Assembly (NCBI GenBank): GCA_963677485.1
Contig: OY781964.1
Span: 4,960,001 to 5,024,000, forward strand
Length of the DNA stretch: 64,000 bases
Reading direction: 5' to 3'
Source: Armatimonadota bacterium
Lineage (GTDB): Bacteria > Armatimonadota > HRBIN16
In this document: in pieces, positions 1-9,710 of the stretch
How positions within the stretch are numbered: position 1 is the stretch's first letter
Layout of the letters: each line of letters begins with the position of its first letter
Made by a program: the position numbers and the translations under genes
Notes under the pieces: model-generated
Told to the model about the DNA's origin: nothing
Database searches by the model: none
The model's input: the letters and a program-made list of their open reading frames with translations, nothing else

Positions 1-966
1 CTTTGCTTTAGCGGTCAAAGGGTCCTGAATTTCAAGCCACGGGTAATACATCGCCGCATAAGACGAGTTGAACGCCGAATGGGTGTAGGCCCCCTGCCCC
101 CTTCGAAACTCAATCACCTCAAGCGGCTCCAGATGAAGGGGTGCTTCGGTGATATATAGAAGGTCCTTTCTGGATTCGGCGTAGCTGCAGCCCGACTGGA
201 TCACAGAAGCCGAAGTCACTCCAGGCACCAGCAGGATATTTAGCCCATCAATCTCATCAAAGGCGTAGAGCCCGGTATGAAGCGCCGGGTCACCCGTATA
301 ATCTGCATCTGCCATGCCCGTGACACCGTCTTCACCCGTAGCCAGCGAGAACGTGCCCACCAGGGGCCTGTCCTGCGCAGTATTCAAGGTGGGTGAGAGA
401 TCTTCGGCAGTAATATACTCAGACACACCGTTCACGGCCATCTCGATATGGTTTAAATCTGCACTGCTCATCGTGAGGTCACGGAATACCTCGACGAGTT
501 CCCCCTTGCAGCTCACAAGCAGATCAAACTCACTCTCGGCGTCTTCGCGACCATCCGTGATCTCTACAGACAGACCGTTACCCCACTTTCCTTCAGTTAG
601 TGCAGCAAACTTCAGTGTGTCCAGTGCGGCCTCACCGGCATTACGGTTCTTAACGGTAACGCCCGCACATGTGGCTGTGAGAGTTGCTCTGTCAGTCGGG
701 TCAGTCATATGCGCCGTTCTGTTTACGTAAAGCACGCTGCCCCCGTTATCATAGAACAGCCGCGCAGCATACGCGAGATAGCCGCCCGAAGTATAGCTGC
801 CAAACTTCCGGGTGAACTGCTCCCAGCTTGTGACAAGTGTTGGCTGATTGATAGGCCCCTTCTCAGCTACGCCGACAATGCCGCATACGGACGTCGATAT
901 CTGCTTAATGTAGAAGCTGAAATCTGTCTCCCGGGTATAAACGCCCGGTGAAAGTGCTGTGCTCAC
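1..966 (-). CDS. Phage tail sheath protein (N-terminal part, runs off the window)
   Basis: Not in the ORF track. GTG at 966 after GGAGG reads MSTALSPGVYTRETDFSFYIKQISTSVCGIVGVAEKGPINQPTLVTSWEQFTRKFG, the typical sheath start (PGVY..E, G.A.KGP...P.LVTSW..F...FG). Confidence 0.9.
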   Translation of the reverse strand, partial: MSTALSPGVYTRETDFSFYIKQISTSVCGIVGVAEKGPINQPTLVTSWEQFTRKFGSYTSGGYLAYAARLFYDNGGSVLYVNRTAHMTDPTDRATLTATCAGVTVKNRNAGEAALDTLKFAALTEGKWGNGLSVEITDGREDAESEFDLLVSCKGELVEVFRDLTMSSADLNHIEMAVNGVSEYITAEDLSPTLNTAQDRPLVGTFSLATGEDGVTGMADADYTGDPALHTGLYAFDEIDGLNILLVPGVTSASVIQSGCSYAESRKDLLYITEAPLHLEPLEVIEFRRGQGAYTHSAFNSSYAAMYYPWLEIQDPLTAKAK

Positions 967-969
967 CTG

Positions 970-1248
970 TTACCTCCGTTTCTTTGTAATGGGGTCAGTC
1001 GCCTGTTCGACCACTTCCGTCTGCGGCGTTTCAGATTCGTCACCTGCTGTGACCGCTGTGACCGAATGCTTCACCTCAGACATATTGGCAAGTGCCACGA
1101 ATCCCCGGCTAGCTGCGGTGCGCATCTCCGCGGTGACTTCATCACGCCTAAGTATCTGGCGTTCCCTGGGAGAGAGATGCAAACTTGCGCTCTGCCTGGC
1201 TAACTGAAAAGTTAGCGGCTGGTTAAGTAGGTTGCGTATTTCTATCAC
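970..1248 (-). CDS. Small phage hypothetical protein
   Basis: 92-aa ORF tightly packed in the structural operon with a GGAG Shine-Dalgarno. Confidence 0.7.
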   Translation of the reverse strand: MIEIRNLLNQPLTFQLARQSASLHLSPRERQILRRDEVTAEMRTAASRGFVALANMSEVKHSVTAVTAGDESETPQTEVVEQATDPITKKRR

Positions 1249-1257
1249 TTTTGTCTC

Positions 1258-1782
1258 CTATAGACTCGTTTCTATCTTCACTCCGGTAGCCAGCTTCCCT
1301 GAGATCACCAGCCCGTCATACACGGGGCAGTCCTCAATGCGGCACTTGCCGGATGCCTGCCGCATGTTTGAGAGGTTCACTCTCTTTAGTCCGCCGAGTG
1401 GCACAAGCTCCGTGAGATGAAGTGCGCTCTGCTCACCGAGCGAAAGCGCCGGGTGTAACTGGTAGAACCGTGCCACCTTCTCCAGCATCTCCAGAAGCTC
1501 AGATTCGAGGCCGGTGGTGACCACGATGTCAAAGTCCAGATGATATAGCCTCGGATGCCGGCACCCCTCGAAGCTCAGGTTTACTTCATCACGCCTCGTG
1601 AGCATAGCAGGTGTCCGTCTGCCACCGTCTTCTGTGAGCACCGGGCCCTGTATGACCACACTTGGCACTTTGGGCACTTCGAACGCGTCATCTGAAGCCA
1701 CCAGCACCGCACCTGAATGCAGCTCCGTCTTCACGAGTCGAATGAACGACTCGACTACGCTACGTAGAACGCTCATATTCAC
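1258..1782 (-). CDS. Putative tail terminator/completion protein
   Basis: Position just before the sheath gene; P.vvi motif and YHLDFDIVV beta-strand pattern. Confidence 0.55.
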   Translation of the reverse strand: MNMSVLRSVVESFIRLVKTELHSGAVLVASDDAFEVPKVPSVVIQGPVLTEDGGRRTPAMLTRRDEVNLSFEGCRHPRLYHLDFDIVVTTGLESELLEMLEKVARFYQLHPALSLGEQSALHLTELVPLGGLKRVNLSNMRQASGKCRIEDCPVYDGLVISGKLATGVKIETSL

Positions 1783-1785
1783 CCC

Positions 1786-2274
1786 TCATTCCATCACCGA
1801 CAGCAAAGCATCCCTGTAGTTCCTGATAACCTCATCTCGGTATTTGTTCATAGTAGGATGCAGAAACGGTCTTGGCGGGATGACGATCACGGCACCACTG
1901 GGATGGTTGATCGTTGCGCCAAACTCCATCACTGCCCCGATATTTGCTATACTCTCTCCGTCCTTCGATATGCTTGTACGTAGCAGACCCACAAACGCGC
2001 CATCTGAGAGTATCTTCTGAGTGATGCTACTGACTAGAAACCCCGTATCAATCAGCGCTTTGCTTGATCCTTTACGCTTTGTTGTTATCTCGGCCAGCGG
2101 AGTAAACTGCTGGCCGCCTGGTGCCTGGCTCTTGATTCCGCGTTTGATTTCCCGAACGAGCAGAAGCGCGTTCTTTATCGTCGCTTTCCTAACAGCTAGT
2201 GCCAGGCGCTGACTATAGCCGTTTGTCAAAAGCCGCTTGGCCTTCTCCCAGTCACCGAACCGGCTAATCTCCAC
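1786..2274 (-). CDS. Phage virion morphogenesis/neck protein (HK97 gp10 / Mu gpG-like)
   Basis: Motifs PLAE.T..RKGSSKALIDTG.L..SI, EFGATI and IPPRPFL.P. Confidence 0.8.
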   Translation of the reverse strand: MEISRFGDWEKAKRLLTNGYSQRLALAVRKATIKNALLLVREIKRGIKSQAPGGQQFTPLAEITTKRKGSSKALIDTGFLVSSITQKILSDGAFVGLLRTSISKDGESIANIGAVMEFGATINHPSGAVIVIPPRPFLHPTMNKYRDEVIRNYRDALLSVME

Positions 2275-2299
2275 GGCTAATCTCCACGGCTAATCTCCA
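2261..2299 (+). repeat. Perfect 13-bp tandem repeat (CGGCTAATCTCCA) x3
   Basis: Copies at 2261, 2274 and 2287, spanning the junction of two neck genes. Confidence 0.95.
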
Positions 2300-2652
2300 T
2301 GTATCTCCACGAGTCTCAGCGTCTTGTGCGTGGTCACCCCGAAATGCTGCTCCGGGGTCACGCTCTGCACGCGGTAGGTTTGGTTACCTACCTGGATCCG
2401 GTCCTGCGCGCAGACATCCTGTTCAGGAAGCACACACGCCGTGGCGTCAATTTTGTTTACCATGTCCTCCCTGGTGGTCAGCTGGAACTCAAGCTTAAAC
2501 ATGCCAAGCTCCGTAAACGCTGCATCATCCGAGCCGTAGAGCCTTTCACCGCTACCAGCTCGAAACAGCAGTGCCTCCTGGCCAGAACTAATCAGCAGCG
2601 CCCGCACGTCATTCGCTGCTGCCTGCTTATCTGTATCCGTCAGCAGGCTCAT
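2290..2652 (-). CDS. Putative head closure (stopper) protein
   Basis: 120 aa with D.I.V....Y.V..V pattern; lies after the adaptor gene. Confidence 0.6.
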   Translation of the reverse strand: MSLLTDTDKQAAANDVRALLISSGQEALLFRAGSGERLYGSDDAAFTELGMFKLEFQLTTREDMVNKIDATACVLPEQDVCAQDRIQVGNQTYRVQSVTPEQHFGVTTHKTLRLVEIHGD

Positions 2653-3104
2653 ATCTCTGAACCCTGTTCGTAGACCGCGATCGGTATTGACCTGGGTGTC
2701 ATGACGAAATCGTCTACCCCGCTTACGGCCTTTATCTCACCAAGCCGCTGCTGATAAGTAGCCGTCAGGTCCGATTCGAGTTTCGCCCAGTGTTCGGGCT
2801 GGCTCGTTTTGTCTACGCGTTTATCACCAGATGAGAAGGAGAAGGCATTAGCGGTAGCCGCCCTCATGAACTGGCACGCAGCGATCTGAGCTTGCAGTAG
2901 GAGTATCTCTAGCACCTCCCCCTGCGGTGCAGGGATTATCTCGCTGCTTACCACACTCATCTGCGTGCCGGTATCTCGCCCGACCGCAAACGTGCTTCTT
3001 AGGATGCAGCGTTTGAGCACCTCATCTGCGAAGCGCTCAGAACTGGGGTCGGCCAGATCGGTCCTGAGCATGGTGATGAGTTCACTAAGAGCCAACGTTC
3101 TCAC
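2649..3104 (-). CDS. Putative head-tail adaptor protein
   Basis: LR..L.D....F.DE.L start and FSFSSGDKRVD hairpin; synteny. Confidence 0.6.
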   Translation of the reverse strand: MRTLALSELITMLRTDLADPSSERFADEVLKRCILRSTFAVGRDTGTQMSVVSSEIIPAPQGEVLEILLLQAQIAACQFMRAATANAFSFSSGDKRVDKTSQPEHWAKLESDLTATYQQRLGEIKAVSGVDDFVMTPRSIPIAVYEQGSEI

Positions 3105-3426
3105 CCGGAGTATCTATGGGCCTCGCTGCCTGCTTGGCGCCATCTGCGATAGCAGCGCTTTCAGTTACGTTCCCTTTGGCCGCAGATGGGGCCTTTGCCG
3201 CTACTGCCTTGCCAGAGCTGCGCGGAGGCGCCTTCACTCCCGGTTTTGGCTCTGACTCCGGCTCTGGCCCAGTCAACGGCTCTATACGTGTTAACAGCCC
3301 GTCTTCTATGCACCGGTTCATCTGGGGGGTGAGCGTCTCCACGCTCGCAGTCCCACCTGGGGTTAGCTTGAGCCCGGCATCAGCAATGAGCAGCAAGCCG
3401 GGTCTCACGTTCTTTACCTTGATCAC
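3085..3426 (-). CDS. Phage hypothetical protein following major capsid gene
   Basis: GGAGG SD; Pro/Ala/Lys-rich tail; synteny. Confidence 0.65.
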   Translation of the reverse strand: MIKVKNVRPGLLLIADAGLKLTPGGTASVETLTPQMNRCIEDGLLTRIEPLTGPEPESEPKPGVKAPPRSSGKAVAAKAPSAAKGNVTESAAIADGAKQAARPIDTPGENVGS

Positions 3427-3438
3427 TTATAGGCCTCC

Positions 3439-4302
3439 TTAGGGCAGAATCTTAATCTTAGCGAGAATCTCTGGGCGGGTGATGCCCTGCCCCAGTTCCG
3501 ACCACACTAGCCAGCCCGTCTTGAAGCGGGTCTTCTGCTCAATGGCCTCGGTCTTCAGCGCCTCGCGGATGGGCATCTTACCGATCTCCTCATCGGGAAT
3601 AATCAGGATCTCATCCATGTCGGCAGACGCGGTCAGCATGATGCCGCCGGTGCCGTAGTTCTTGATCACACCCTTAGTGCGAAACTCAGCCCTGGTTTCG
3701 GGATCAAGGTCCCAGTCACGCATGTCGTTAAACCGGCGGCCACGCATCACGATAAACTTCACCGCTAGCTCCAGGTCCTCAATGATGGAGATCGCCTCGT
3801 TCAAGGCGTCATCGGTGAGCTTGCCGCCGGTGACCTCTATCGTGTTCGCGGCAGGCACCGCCTTCGAAATCACAGAGATGGTGCGCTTATCCATCTCCTT
3901 ACGGATCTCTTTTGCCGCGGATGTCTGGATATCCATAAGCGTGCCGATATTGCCGTGCTTGAGCACAGAGATGTCGACCATGGGCTCTGCGTGAATACGG
4001 TGTGTCGGGAACTCCACTTCGTCCTGACCTACCTCCTGTTCACGTGCCTCACCCTCGGTGCTAATCCAGTAGGCCTTCACCGTGGGCCGCTTCTGGTAGA
4101 CAGGACGCTCACCCGTAGGCAGCGTATGCTGGGTCAGTAGGAGCGAAGATTTCTCCTTACGATCTATCTCCTGAGCGATGGGGCCAGCGATGGCCGCGGC
4201 CAGTGCACGCATACCTTCTGGAGATTCAAGCGCCTCGCTCATAAGCCGCGCCATCGCCTCCATATACTCCTGGCTGTGAATGCTAGTCTGAGATGTGTTC
4301 AT
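3439..4302 (-). CDS. Major capsid protein (HK97 fold)
   Basis: 287 aa, strong GGAGG SD, follows protease and decoration genes, ends GITRPEILAKIKI as capsid proteins typically do. Confidence 0.8.
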   Translation of the reverse strand: MNTSQTSIHSQEYMEAMARLMSEALESPEGMRALAAAIAGPIAQEIDRKEKSSLLLTQHTLPTGERPVYQKRPTVKAYWISTEGEAREQEVGQDEVEFPTHRIHAEPMVDISVLKHGNIGTLMDIQTSAAKEIRKEMDKRTISVISKAVPAANTIEVTGGKLTDDALNEAISIIEDLELAVKFIVMRGRRFNDMRDWDLDPETRAEFRTKGVIKNYGTGGIMLTASADMDEILIIPDEEIGKMPIREALKTEAIEQKTRFKTGWLVWSELGQGITRPEILAKIKILP

Positions 4303-4323
4303 CTGTTCGTCTATTCCTCCGTC

Positions 4324-4686
4324 CTAAATAAGCAAGCGGTACTTAAGCGTCCCGCTCGAAATAGAGAGCGCTTGAGCGACCACTTTGTCATCCACTCCGG
4401 CGCTAGCGGCGAGCTTACCGCTCACAGCGACCTTGAGACTATCGCCTGCTGTGATGTTGCCCTCGTACACGTCGGTCTCATACACCCCGCCCATGCAGAA
4501 GATGCCGGGCATCTCGCCGTTACTGTAGTCTTTGATGAGCACTCCGAAGCTGCTGACGCTCGGGTCTGTGTTCACTGCAAACAGGTCGTTACCTACGATC
4601 TTCACGAACTGACCGCAAGAACCTGCGCCCTGCATATATCCGTGGCCATATGCTAGCCCTCGATGAGCTGCGTTAAGATATGCCAT
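4324..4686 (-). CDS. Putative capsid decoration (cement) protein
   Basis: 120 aa Gly-rich beta protein (GVYETD..EG.I.AGD.L....GKL) between protease and capsid genes. Confidence 0.65.
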   Translation of the reverse strand: MAYLNAAHRGLAYGHGYMQGAGSCGQFVKIVGNDLFAVNTDPSVSSFGVLIKDYSNGEMPGIFCMGGVYETDVYEGNITAGDSLKVAVSGKLAASAGVDDKVVAQALSISSGTLKYRLLI

Positions 4687-4698
4687 GTTTACTCCTCC

Positions 4699-7095
4699 TT
4701 AGTTGCCTTCGCTAGCGAGACCAACCCGCTCACGATAGGCGGCCATGAATCCGTCCCGGAGCTTATCTTCCAGGGAGGACTTCTTGTCGTCTACACTTAG
4801 GGCACGCACACCTGCGTCTGTCCTGAGTGAATGGGAAGCAGTTGCCGACGACACCGGTGGTGTCAACGCTGCCGTCTTTTCGGCCTGATCTGCTTTGTTC
4901 TCACCAGCCTGCTTTGCCGCGTTCTGGCAATCAGACCTCGACTGGATCACCCTTTCAAACGCGGCTTCGGTAGCCGCAAACGCCTCGTCGGAAAGCGCAG
5001 CCAGCCGGCTAAGTTCCTGCTCCTTATCCTCCTCAGAGCTAAACGGCATGCCGCTTCGTTCGAGCTTCTTTAGTAGCTTCTGTGCTCGTGCTTTGTTCGC
5101 CGCGGCCTTGCTCTGCGCTTCTAGGTCCTGCACCTGCTTTTGAAGCTCAAGAATCTGGTTCTTTAGCGCCTTGTTTTCGGTCTCAAGCTCCTTCACTCGG
5201 GCTTTGTCGTCAACTGGGGGCACGCCGGCGCCGGCTGGGGCCTGTTGCTTCTTTGCAGCCTCAAGCTGCTCCTCGGTGTCTTTGTGAATCTCCTCCACTA
5301 GGTTGCCTCCTGTGTTTTTGCAACTGCACTGATGCGCCTCATCTGAGGCGACTTGTGTGATTCGCGCATTTTCATCTGCTCCTTTACGGTCGAGAAGTCC
5401 GAGTCCGGTGAATGTCACTCCGTGAAGGATCTCAAACACCGGCTTACCTTGATACTCCGCACCTTTGAACTTGCGCAGGTGCGTGCAGTAGTCATTCTTT
5501 GAGCTGACCTTCGCGGCGCAGATTGAGCACTCGCCGCTCTCGTAGTCACACTCCATCGAGACCTGCGTAATGATGCCGCGTTTCATAAGCTTGTGAGCAA
5601 GCGAAGCCGTGGGTGTGTCCGCAGTAAATAACTCGCCCACGCACTCGATACGCCCGCCTGCCTCGTCATCCACGAACTCAGCGCCGATGATGCCGCCCAC
5701 GATATCAGTCAGGTCCTGCGAGTGCTTGAGGTCGATCTTCTTGTTGATAGCTGTCGAGTAGCGGGTCGATAGCTCTTCTGGCAGAAAGTGGTCCCCGTTC
5801 TTGTTGGTGCCAGCCCTGCACATCACGAAGCTAAACTGCGGGTCGCCTGCATTGGGGTTCAGGTCGATTGCTGAAGCCGACATACCAGCACCCATGGCCA
5901 TATCCACTGGGATGATGGTGTGACAGTTAGCTGCCTTAGCTAAAGGTAAACTCTGCGCCTGGGCCGACTTAACCCCCTTAGTGCAGATGAATAGCCGCTC
6001 CATGGCCACCGAGTTTTCGGAGTGCTTGGCGGAGATGCTATACTTGTGCTGACGCGACTGCATCCGGCTCTCTTTACCACTCTCCGAGATGATCTGCTTC
6101 ATCTCTACCTCGTTTGGGTAGGCATGGTCACGGTAGGAGATCAGCCAGTTCGCGATATGCTTTGCGCTCCCAAGGAACGTGCTGAAGAACTCATTGGCAC
6201 TCGCTTTGGTGACCGTCTTGTGCTCTGTGGCGTAATGGTGGGTCTTTGAATCTTCGTTAATGACCAGTCCGTCCCAGTAAGTCATAAGGCCCTCTACGAA
6301 GTGGTAACTCTTCTCATAGTTAGTCGTAGAGAACTCAGTCGCATAAGGCGGATCGAAATAGGCCAGGTCGACCTTCGCTTCCGGCAGCACCTCATTGATG
6401 TCTTTGTTAAGCGCCTTACACTCCTTTCCGTTGTCGAAGATGAGGGCGTTGATGCGTGCAATATTGTCAGAGAAGCGCTGTATGAACTCCTCTGGTGTGT
6501 CTTGCCGCTTGCCGTAGTCTGTCGAAGAAGAAAAGTGACCGAAGCCGCCCTTGCCAGACAGGCAAGTCTTACCGAGTGCAAACAGCGCGATGTCCTTCTT
6601 ATACCCTTCCAGTTTGTCTGCATTTGCTCTGATGTCATCTATAACCCCGTGCACTCCGCCTGCGAAGAATAACCCCTTGAAGTTGTCCTGGACAAAGGTC
6701 CCTGCCTTTGGGTTCTTCGCAAGCAGAGCGGCGAGTTCGTCTTCACTAATCCGCACCGCTGTGTTCTCGACGATAGCGCGAGCAGCGTGGTATGAGTAGC
6801 GCAGACGGTCGTTGGCGGTGACCTTAAGACCCTTGGTCTTGTACATGTAGGCCACCACGCCAGATCCGGAAAACGCGTCAATGACTGAGTTCACACCCTC
6901 TGGGGTATGTCTCCATATCCAGTCGATAAGCTTCTGCTTGGAGCCTATGTAGTTGGTGATGTATTTCGGTCGATCTTCGGCGGGCTGCTCCTCAGTGACT
7001 AGCTCCCCCGCTTCAGAAAGAAGCTCAAGTTGACAGGATGCATCAGCCTCAAGTAGGAAGGCCAGCCGGTCACGATCTGTTGCAAATAACTCCAT
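4699..7095 (-). CDS. Fusion: N6-adenine DNA methyltransferase (D12/Dam-like) + prohead protease + coiled-coil scaffold
   Basis: NYIGSK, DAFSGSG (motif I) and FDPPY (motif IV) in residues ~45-375; NKNGD, LKH, VSMEC and C..C..C.H in ~420-585; heptad coiled coil at the C-terminus. Confidence 0.85.
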   Translation of the reverse strand: MELFATDRDRLAFLLEADASCQLELLSEAGELVTEEQPAEDRPKYITNYIGSKQKLIDWIWRHTPEGVNSVIDAFSGSGVVAYMYKTKGLKVTANDRLRYSYHAARAIVENTAVRISEDELAALLAKNPKAGTFVQDNFKGLFFAGGVHGVIDDIRANADKLEGYKKDIALFALGKTCLSGKGGFGHFSSSTDYGKRQDTPEEFIQRFSDNIARINALIFDNGKECKALNKDINEVLPEAKVDLAYFDPPYATEFSTTNYEKSYHFVEGLMTYWDGLVINEDSKTHHYATEHKTVTKASANEFFSTFLGSAKHIANWLISYRDHAYPNEVEMKQIISESGKESRMQSRQHKYSISAKHSENSVAMERLFICTKGVKSAQAQSLPLAKAANCHTIIPVDMAMGAGMSASAIDLNPNAGDPQFSFVMCRAGTNKNGDHFLPEELSTRYSTAINKKIDLKHSQDLTDIVGGIIGAEFVDDEAGGRIECVGELFTADTPTASLAHKLMKRGIITQVSMECDYESGECSICAAKVSSKNDYCTHLRKFKGAEYQGKPVFEILHGVTFTGLGLLDRKGADENARITQVASDEAHQCSCKNTGGNLVEEIHKDTEEQLEAAKKQQAPAGAGVPPVDDKARVKELETENKALKNQILELQKQVQDLEAQSKAAANKARAQKLLKKLERSGMPFSSEEDKEQELSRLAALSDEAFAATEAAFERVIQSRSDCQNAAKQAGENKADQAEKTAALTPPVSSATASHSLRTDAGVRALSVDDKKSSLEDKLRDGFMAAYRERVGLASEGN

Positions 7096-7131
7096 TTATC
7101 TCTCCCCTGCAGATTGAGGGTGATTATCATA

Positions 7132-7177
7132 CCCCTCCACTTGATATTTACGCGCGAAAAATGGAAAGTGTCGGAAA
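7132..7177 (-). promoter_or_regulatory. Phage promoter motif I (TCCGACACTTT-N~9-TCGCGCGTAAATAT..TGGAGGG) upstream of the head operon
   Basis: One of five near-identical copies, each oriented toward a downstream gene. Confidence 0.7.
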
Positions 7178-7517
7178 TGGGCTTTTGAGGGGTTTTCGGG
7201 CCGATATTGCTGCCATTTCGAGTGATTGAAGCGGTATTATGGTATCAGTGACGTGACCATGTGGCGTCTGAATGGGGCATTTTGACACTAATTAATTAGT
7301 GTATGATGGATTTCAACACAGCCGGATCACCTCTCTTAGAGAGCAGGTTCAGGGTCATAGATTACTCCCCATATTACGATGGACAGAGTAATCAGGTAAA
7401 CTGTGAACATAAAGGCAAAACATTTAAATGAACATATGCAGGTACCGGGCTAACACCGAGCCAAACGTCCGGGCCAAACGTCCGGTGAGCAGTGTTCAGA
7501 ATGGAGTGAATTCATAT

Positions 7518-7838
7518 ATGGATGCAAGTTCATTACCAGAGGGTGGACGGTGGTCTTGTCGCCGTAAGCTGGAGATCGTGCAGCGCATTATTGCTGGCGA
7601 ACCTATAGAAGACGTATCGATGCATATAGGCGTGCCGATTAGTCAGCTTGAAGACTGGCGAGACAAAGCGCTTGCCGGCATGGAAGCGGCTCTGAAGACA
7701 CCTGTTGAGAGCTTAGTAGATCATCAGCTCAAAGTGGCACAGAGGCGTATCAGCGCGCTGTCTATGGAGAATGAACTGCTTTACGAACGCTGCCGCCTGA
7801 TCGACCGCCCTTTTCCCCAGGGGAGGTCGCGAAAATGA
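7518..7838 (+). CDS. IS3-family transposase OrfA-like HTH protein
   Basis: RWS..RKLEIV.RI..GE....VS...GV....L..WR followed by a leucine-zipper-like L..ENELL. Confidence 0.75.
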   Translation: MDASSLPEGGRWSCRRKLEIVQRIIAGEPIEDVSMHIGVPISQLEDWRDKALAGMEAALKTPVESLVDHQLKVAQRRISALSMENELLYERCRLIDRPFPQGRSRK

Positions 7839-8209
7839 GCGCTGCAATCTCCCCTTCAACAAATGCTCGCTACGGGGTAGAACGGGTGTGCCGAGTATGG
7901 GAACAACCCCGCTCCACTTACTATTTAAAGACCACAAGAGTGGTTAAGGTTGCTTCCACCACACCAAAACTGAAGCGTGGGCCAAAGACCGTAATTTCCG
8001 ATGAGGAACTATTAGGTGCCATCCAGAAGGAGATTGAAAGCTCACCCTCAAAGGGTAATAGCTACATGAGAATATACGATTCACTTCACTTCGGCCCGCA
8101 GAAATTACGAGTGGGCAAGAGCCGTGTGCTTCGTCTGATGCGTAAATATGAGTTATTTACCACTTCGCAGGTAACGGGCAGAGTGTATACTGATGCAGAT
8201 ACAGATTAA
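7835..8209 (+). pseudogene. Truncated IS3-family OrfB (N-terminal HTH only, no DDE core)
   Basis: YGVERVCRVW..PRSTYY, KRGPK..SDEELL..I and RVLRLMR, then ends. Confidence 0.75.
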
Positions 8210-9062
8210 GAACACGAACGATGTAGTTATTGTTTCAGGGGAATACCCAAATATGAAGGCTGCCGTGCATGCGAGTAGGGACAGTTTACAAGCTGCCAAC
8301 CTGACGGGTGCCGACTTGTCACATACGGATCTGGACGAGGCCAATCTACGTGGTGCCAAACTGGAACACGCTAATCTTGAAGCTGCTCAGCTATGGGGCG
8401 CTAGTCTTCAAGGGGCCGACCTGACAAAGGCGAATCTTAAAGGTGCCAAGCTAATCAGAGCCAATCTGACCGGGGTTAATCTGAGCAGTGCCAATCTGCA
8501 CAAAGCCAATCTGAGTAATACAGATCTAGTGAATGTCTGTCTGCAAGACGCCAATCTGAGTGAGACAAACCTAACAGGGTCTAACCTAAGTGGTGCTAAT
8601 CTGGCGGGGGCAAACCTGAGCGGCACGTGGATGAATTTCACCACACTGTCCGGTGCTGATTTACACGGTGCTAATCTGAGTGGTGCCCAACTCGAAGATG
8701 CCAAACTCACTGGTGCCAATCTTACTGACGCAAACCTGGAAGGTGCCCATCTGTCTAGCACTGATCTACAAGACGCCAATCTGAGCAGATGCAGTCTCAA
8801 ACATGCCATACTAAATGGAGCTAATCTTACCAAAGCCAATCTAACTCATGCTAATCTGAGCAGTGCCGACCTTACTAGTGCCAAGCTTACTGATGCCAAT
8901 CTAGACGGCGCTAATCTGGAAGGTGTAAATTTGTATCGGGCTCATCTAGACCGCGCCAATACGATCTTAATCAAGCGGTTAACACAGGCTGCTGAGAAGG
9001 AAGCTGAGAAGCAAGCTGAGAAGCAAACTGAGAAGGAAACCAATGTCACGCCCACTTTTTGA
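8193..9062 (+). CDS. Pentapeptide repeat protein
   Basis: Long run of A(N/D)Lxx repeats. Confidence 0.95.
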   Translation: MQIQIKNTNDVVIVSGEYPNMKAAVHASRDSLQAANLTGADLSHTDLDEANLRGAKLEHANLEAAQLWGASLQGADLTKANLKGAKLIRANLTGVNLSSANLHKANLSNTDLVNVCLQDANLSETNLTGSNLSGANLAGANLSGTWMNFTTLSGADLHGANLSGAQLEDAKLTGANLTDANLEGAHLSSTDLQDANLSRCSLKHAILNGANLTKANLTHANLSSADLTSAKLTDANLDGANLEGVNLYRAHLDRANTILIKRLTQAAEKEAEKQAEKQTEKETNVTPTF

Positions 9063-9107
9063 CGTGATAAAGTGCAGTCCATATAAAGGAAGACAGGCAA
9101 TGATCTT

Positions 9108-9584
9108 ATGCAGGTAGAAATTCGGATTATAAGCGGGGCGGTTATAGTTTCAGGAGACTACCCGGATATGAAGGCCGCGGTGCAAGCTAACAAAGACAAG
9201 CTACGCACCGCTAGTCTAGCAGGTGTCGACCTGTCCCATGCAGATCTGAAAGGCGCATTTTTGCGTGATGCCTGTCTGAAGGGTGCCAATCTGCAACATG
9301 CCGATCTTCAGACCGCGGTTCTTTGCAGATCAAGCCTGGATGGTGCTAATCTGACAGGGGCCAACCTACAAGGTGCCGATCTGAAGGGTGCGGATTTAAC
9401 TCATGCGGATCTGAAAGGTGCCAATTTGTGTTATGCGGATCTGCGAGATGCGGACCTGACAGGTGTCAAACTAAGTGGTGCCGTTCTAAAGGATGTGAAG
9501 CTGCGCGGTGCGAAGTCGCATAAAGTCAGGTTTTGCTATTATTGGTTTGCCATCACGTCATTCCTGCGCCTTATGAGGTCATAA
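9108..9584 (+). CDS. Pentapeptide repeat protein (paralog of 8193-9062)
   Basis: A(D/N)Lxx repeats; N-terminus MQ..I....VIVSG.YP.MKAAV.A shared with the upstream gene. Confidence 0.95.
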   Translation: MQVEIRIISGAVIVSGDYPDMKAAVQANKDKLRTASLAGVDLSHADLKGAFLRDACLKGANLQHADLQTAVLCRSSLDGANLTGANLQGADLKGADLTHADLKGANLCYADLRDADLTGVKLSGAVLKDVKLRGAKSHKVRFCYYWFAITSFLRLMRS

Positions 9585-9710
9585 GGGTGAGACACTTTCG
9601 ACACGCCTAACTCTATATGGCGGATATGCATCAACGCTGTTCATGTAGAGGCAGATATGCTTAAGACCAAGACGCTGCTTACCGCCACGACCATGTAATA
9701 GTCACCGTGC

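Noticed and set aside
314-951. Plus-strand ORFs at the window start and most short ORFs nested opposite long genes
   Set aside because: They are shadows of the minus-strand sheath gene or other well-supported genes and have no recognisable motifs.
8408-8839. Antisense ORF rich in RLA repeats
   Set aside because: Mirror of the pentapeptide repeat codons on the opposite strand.
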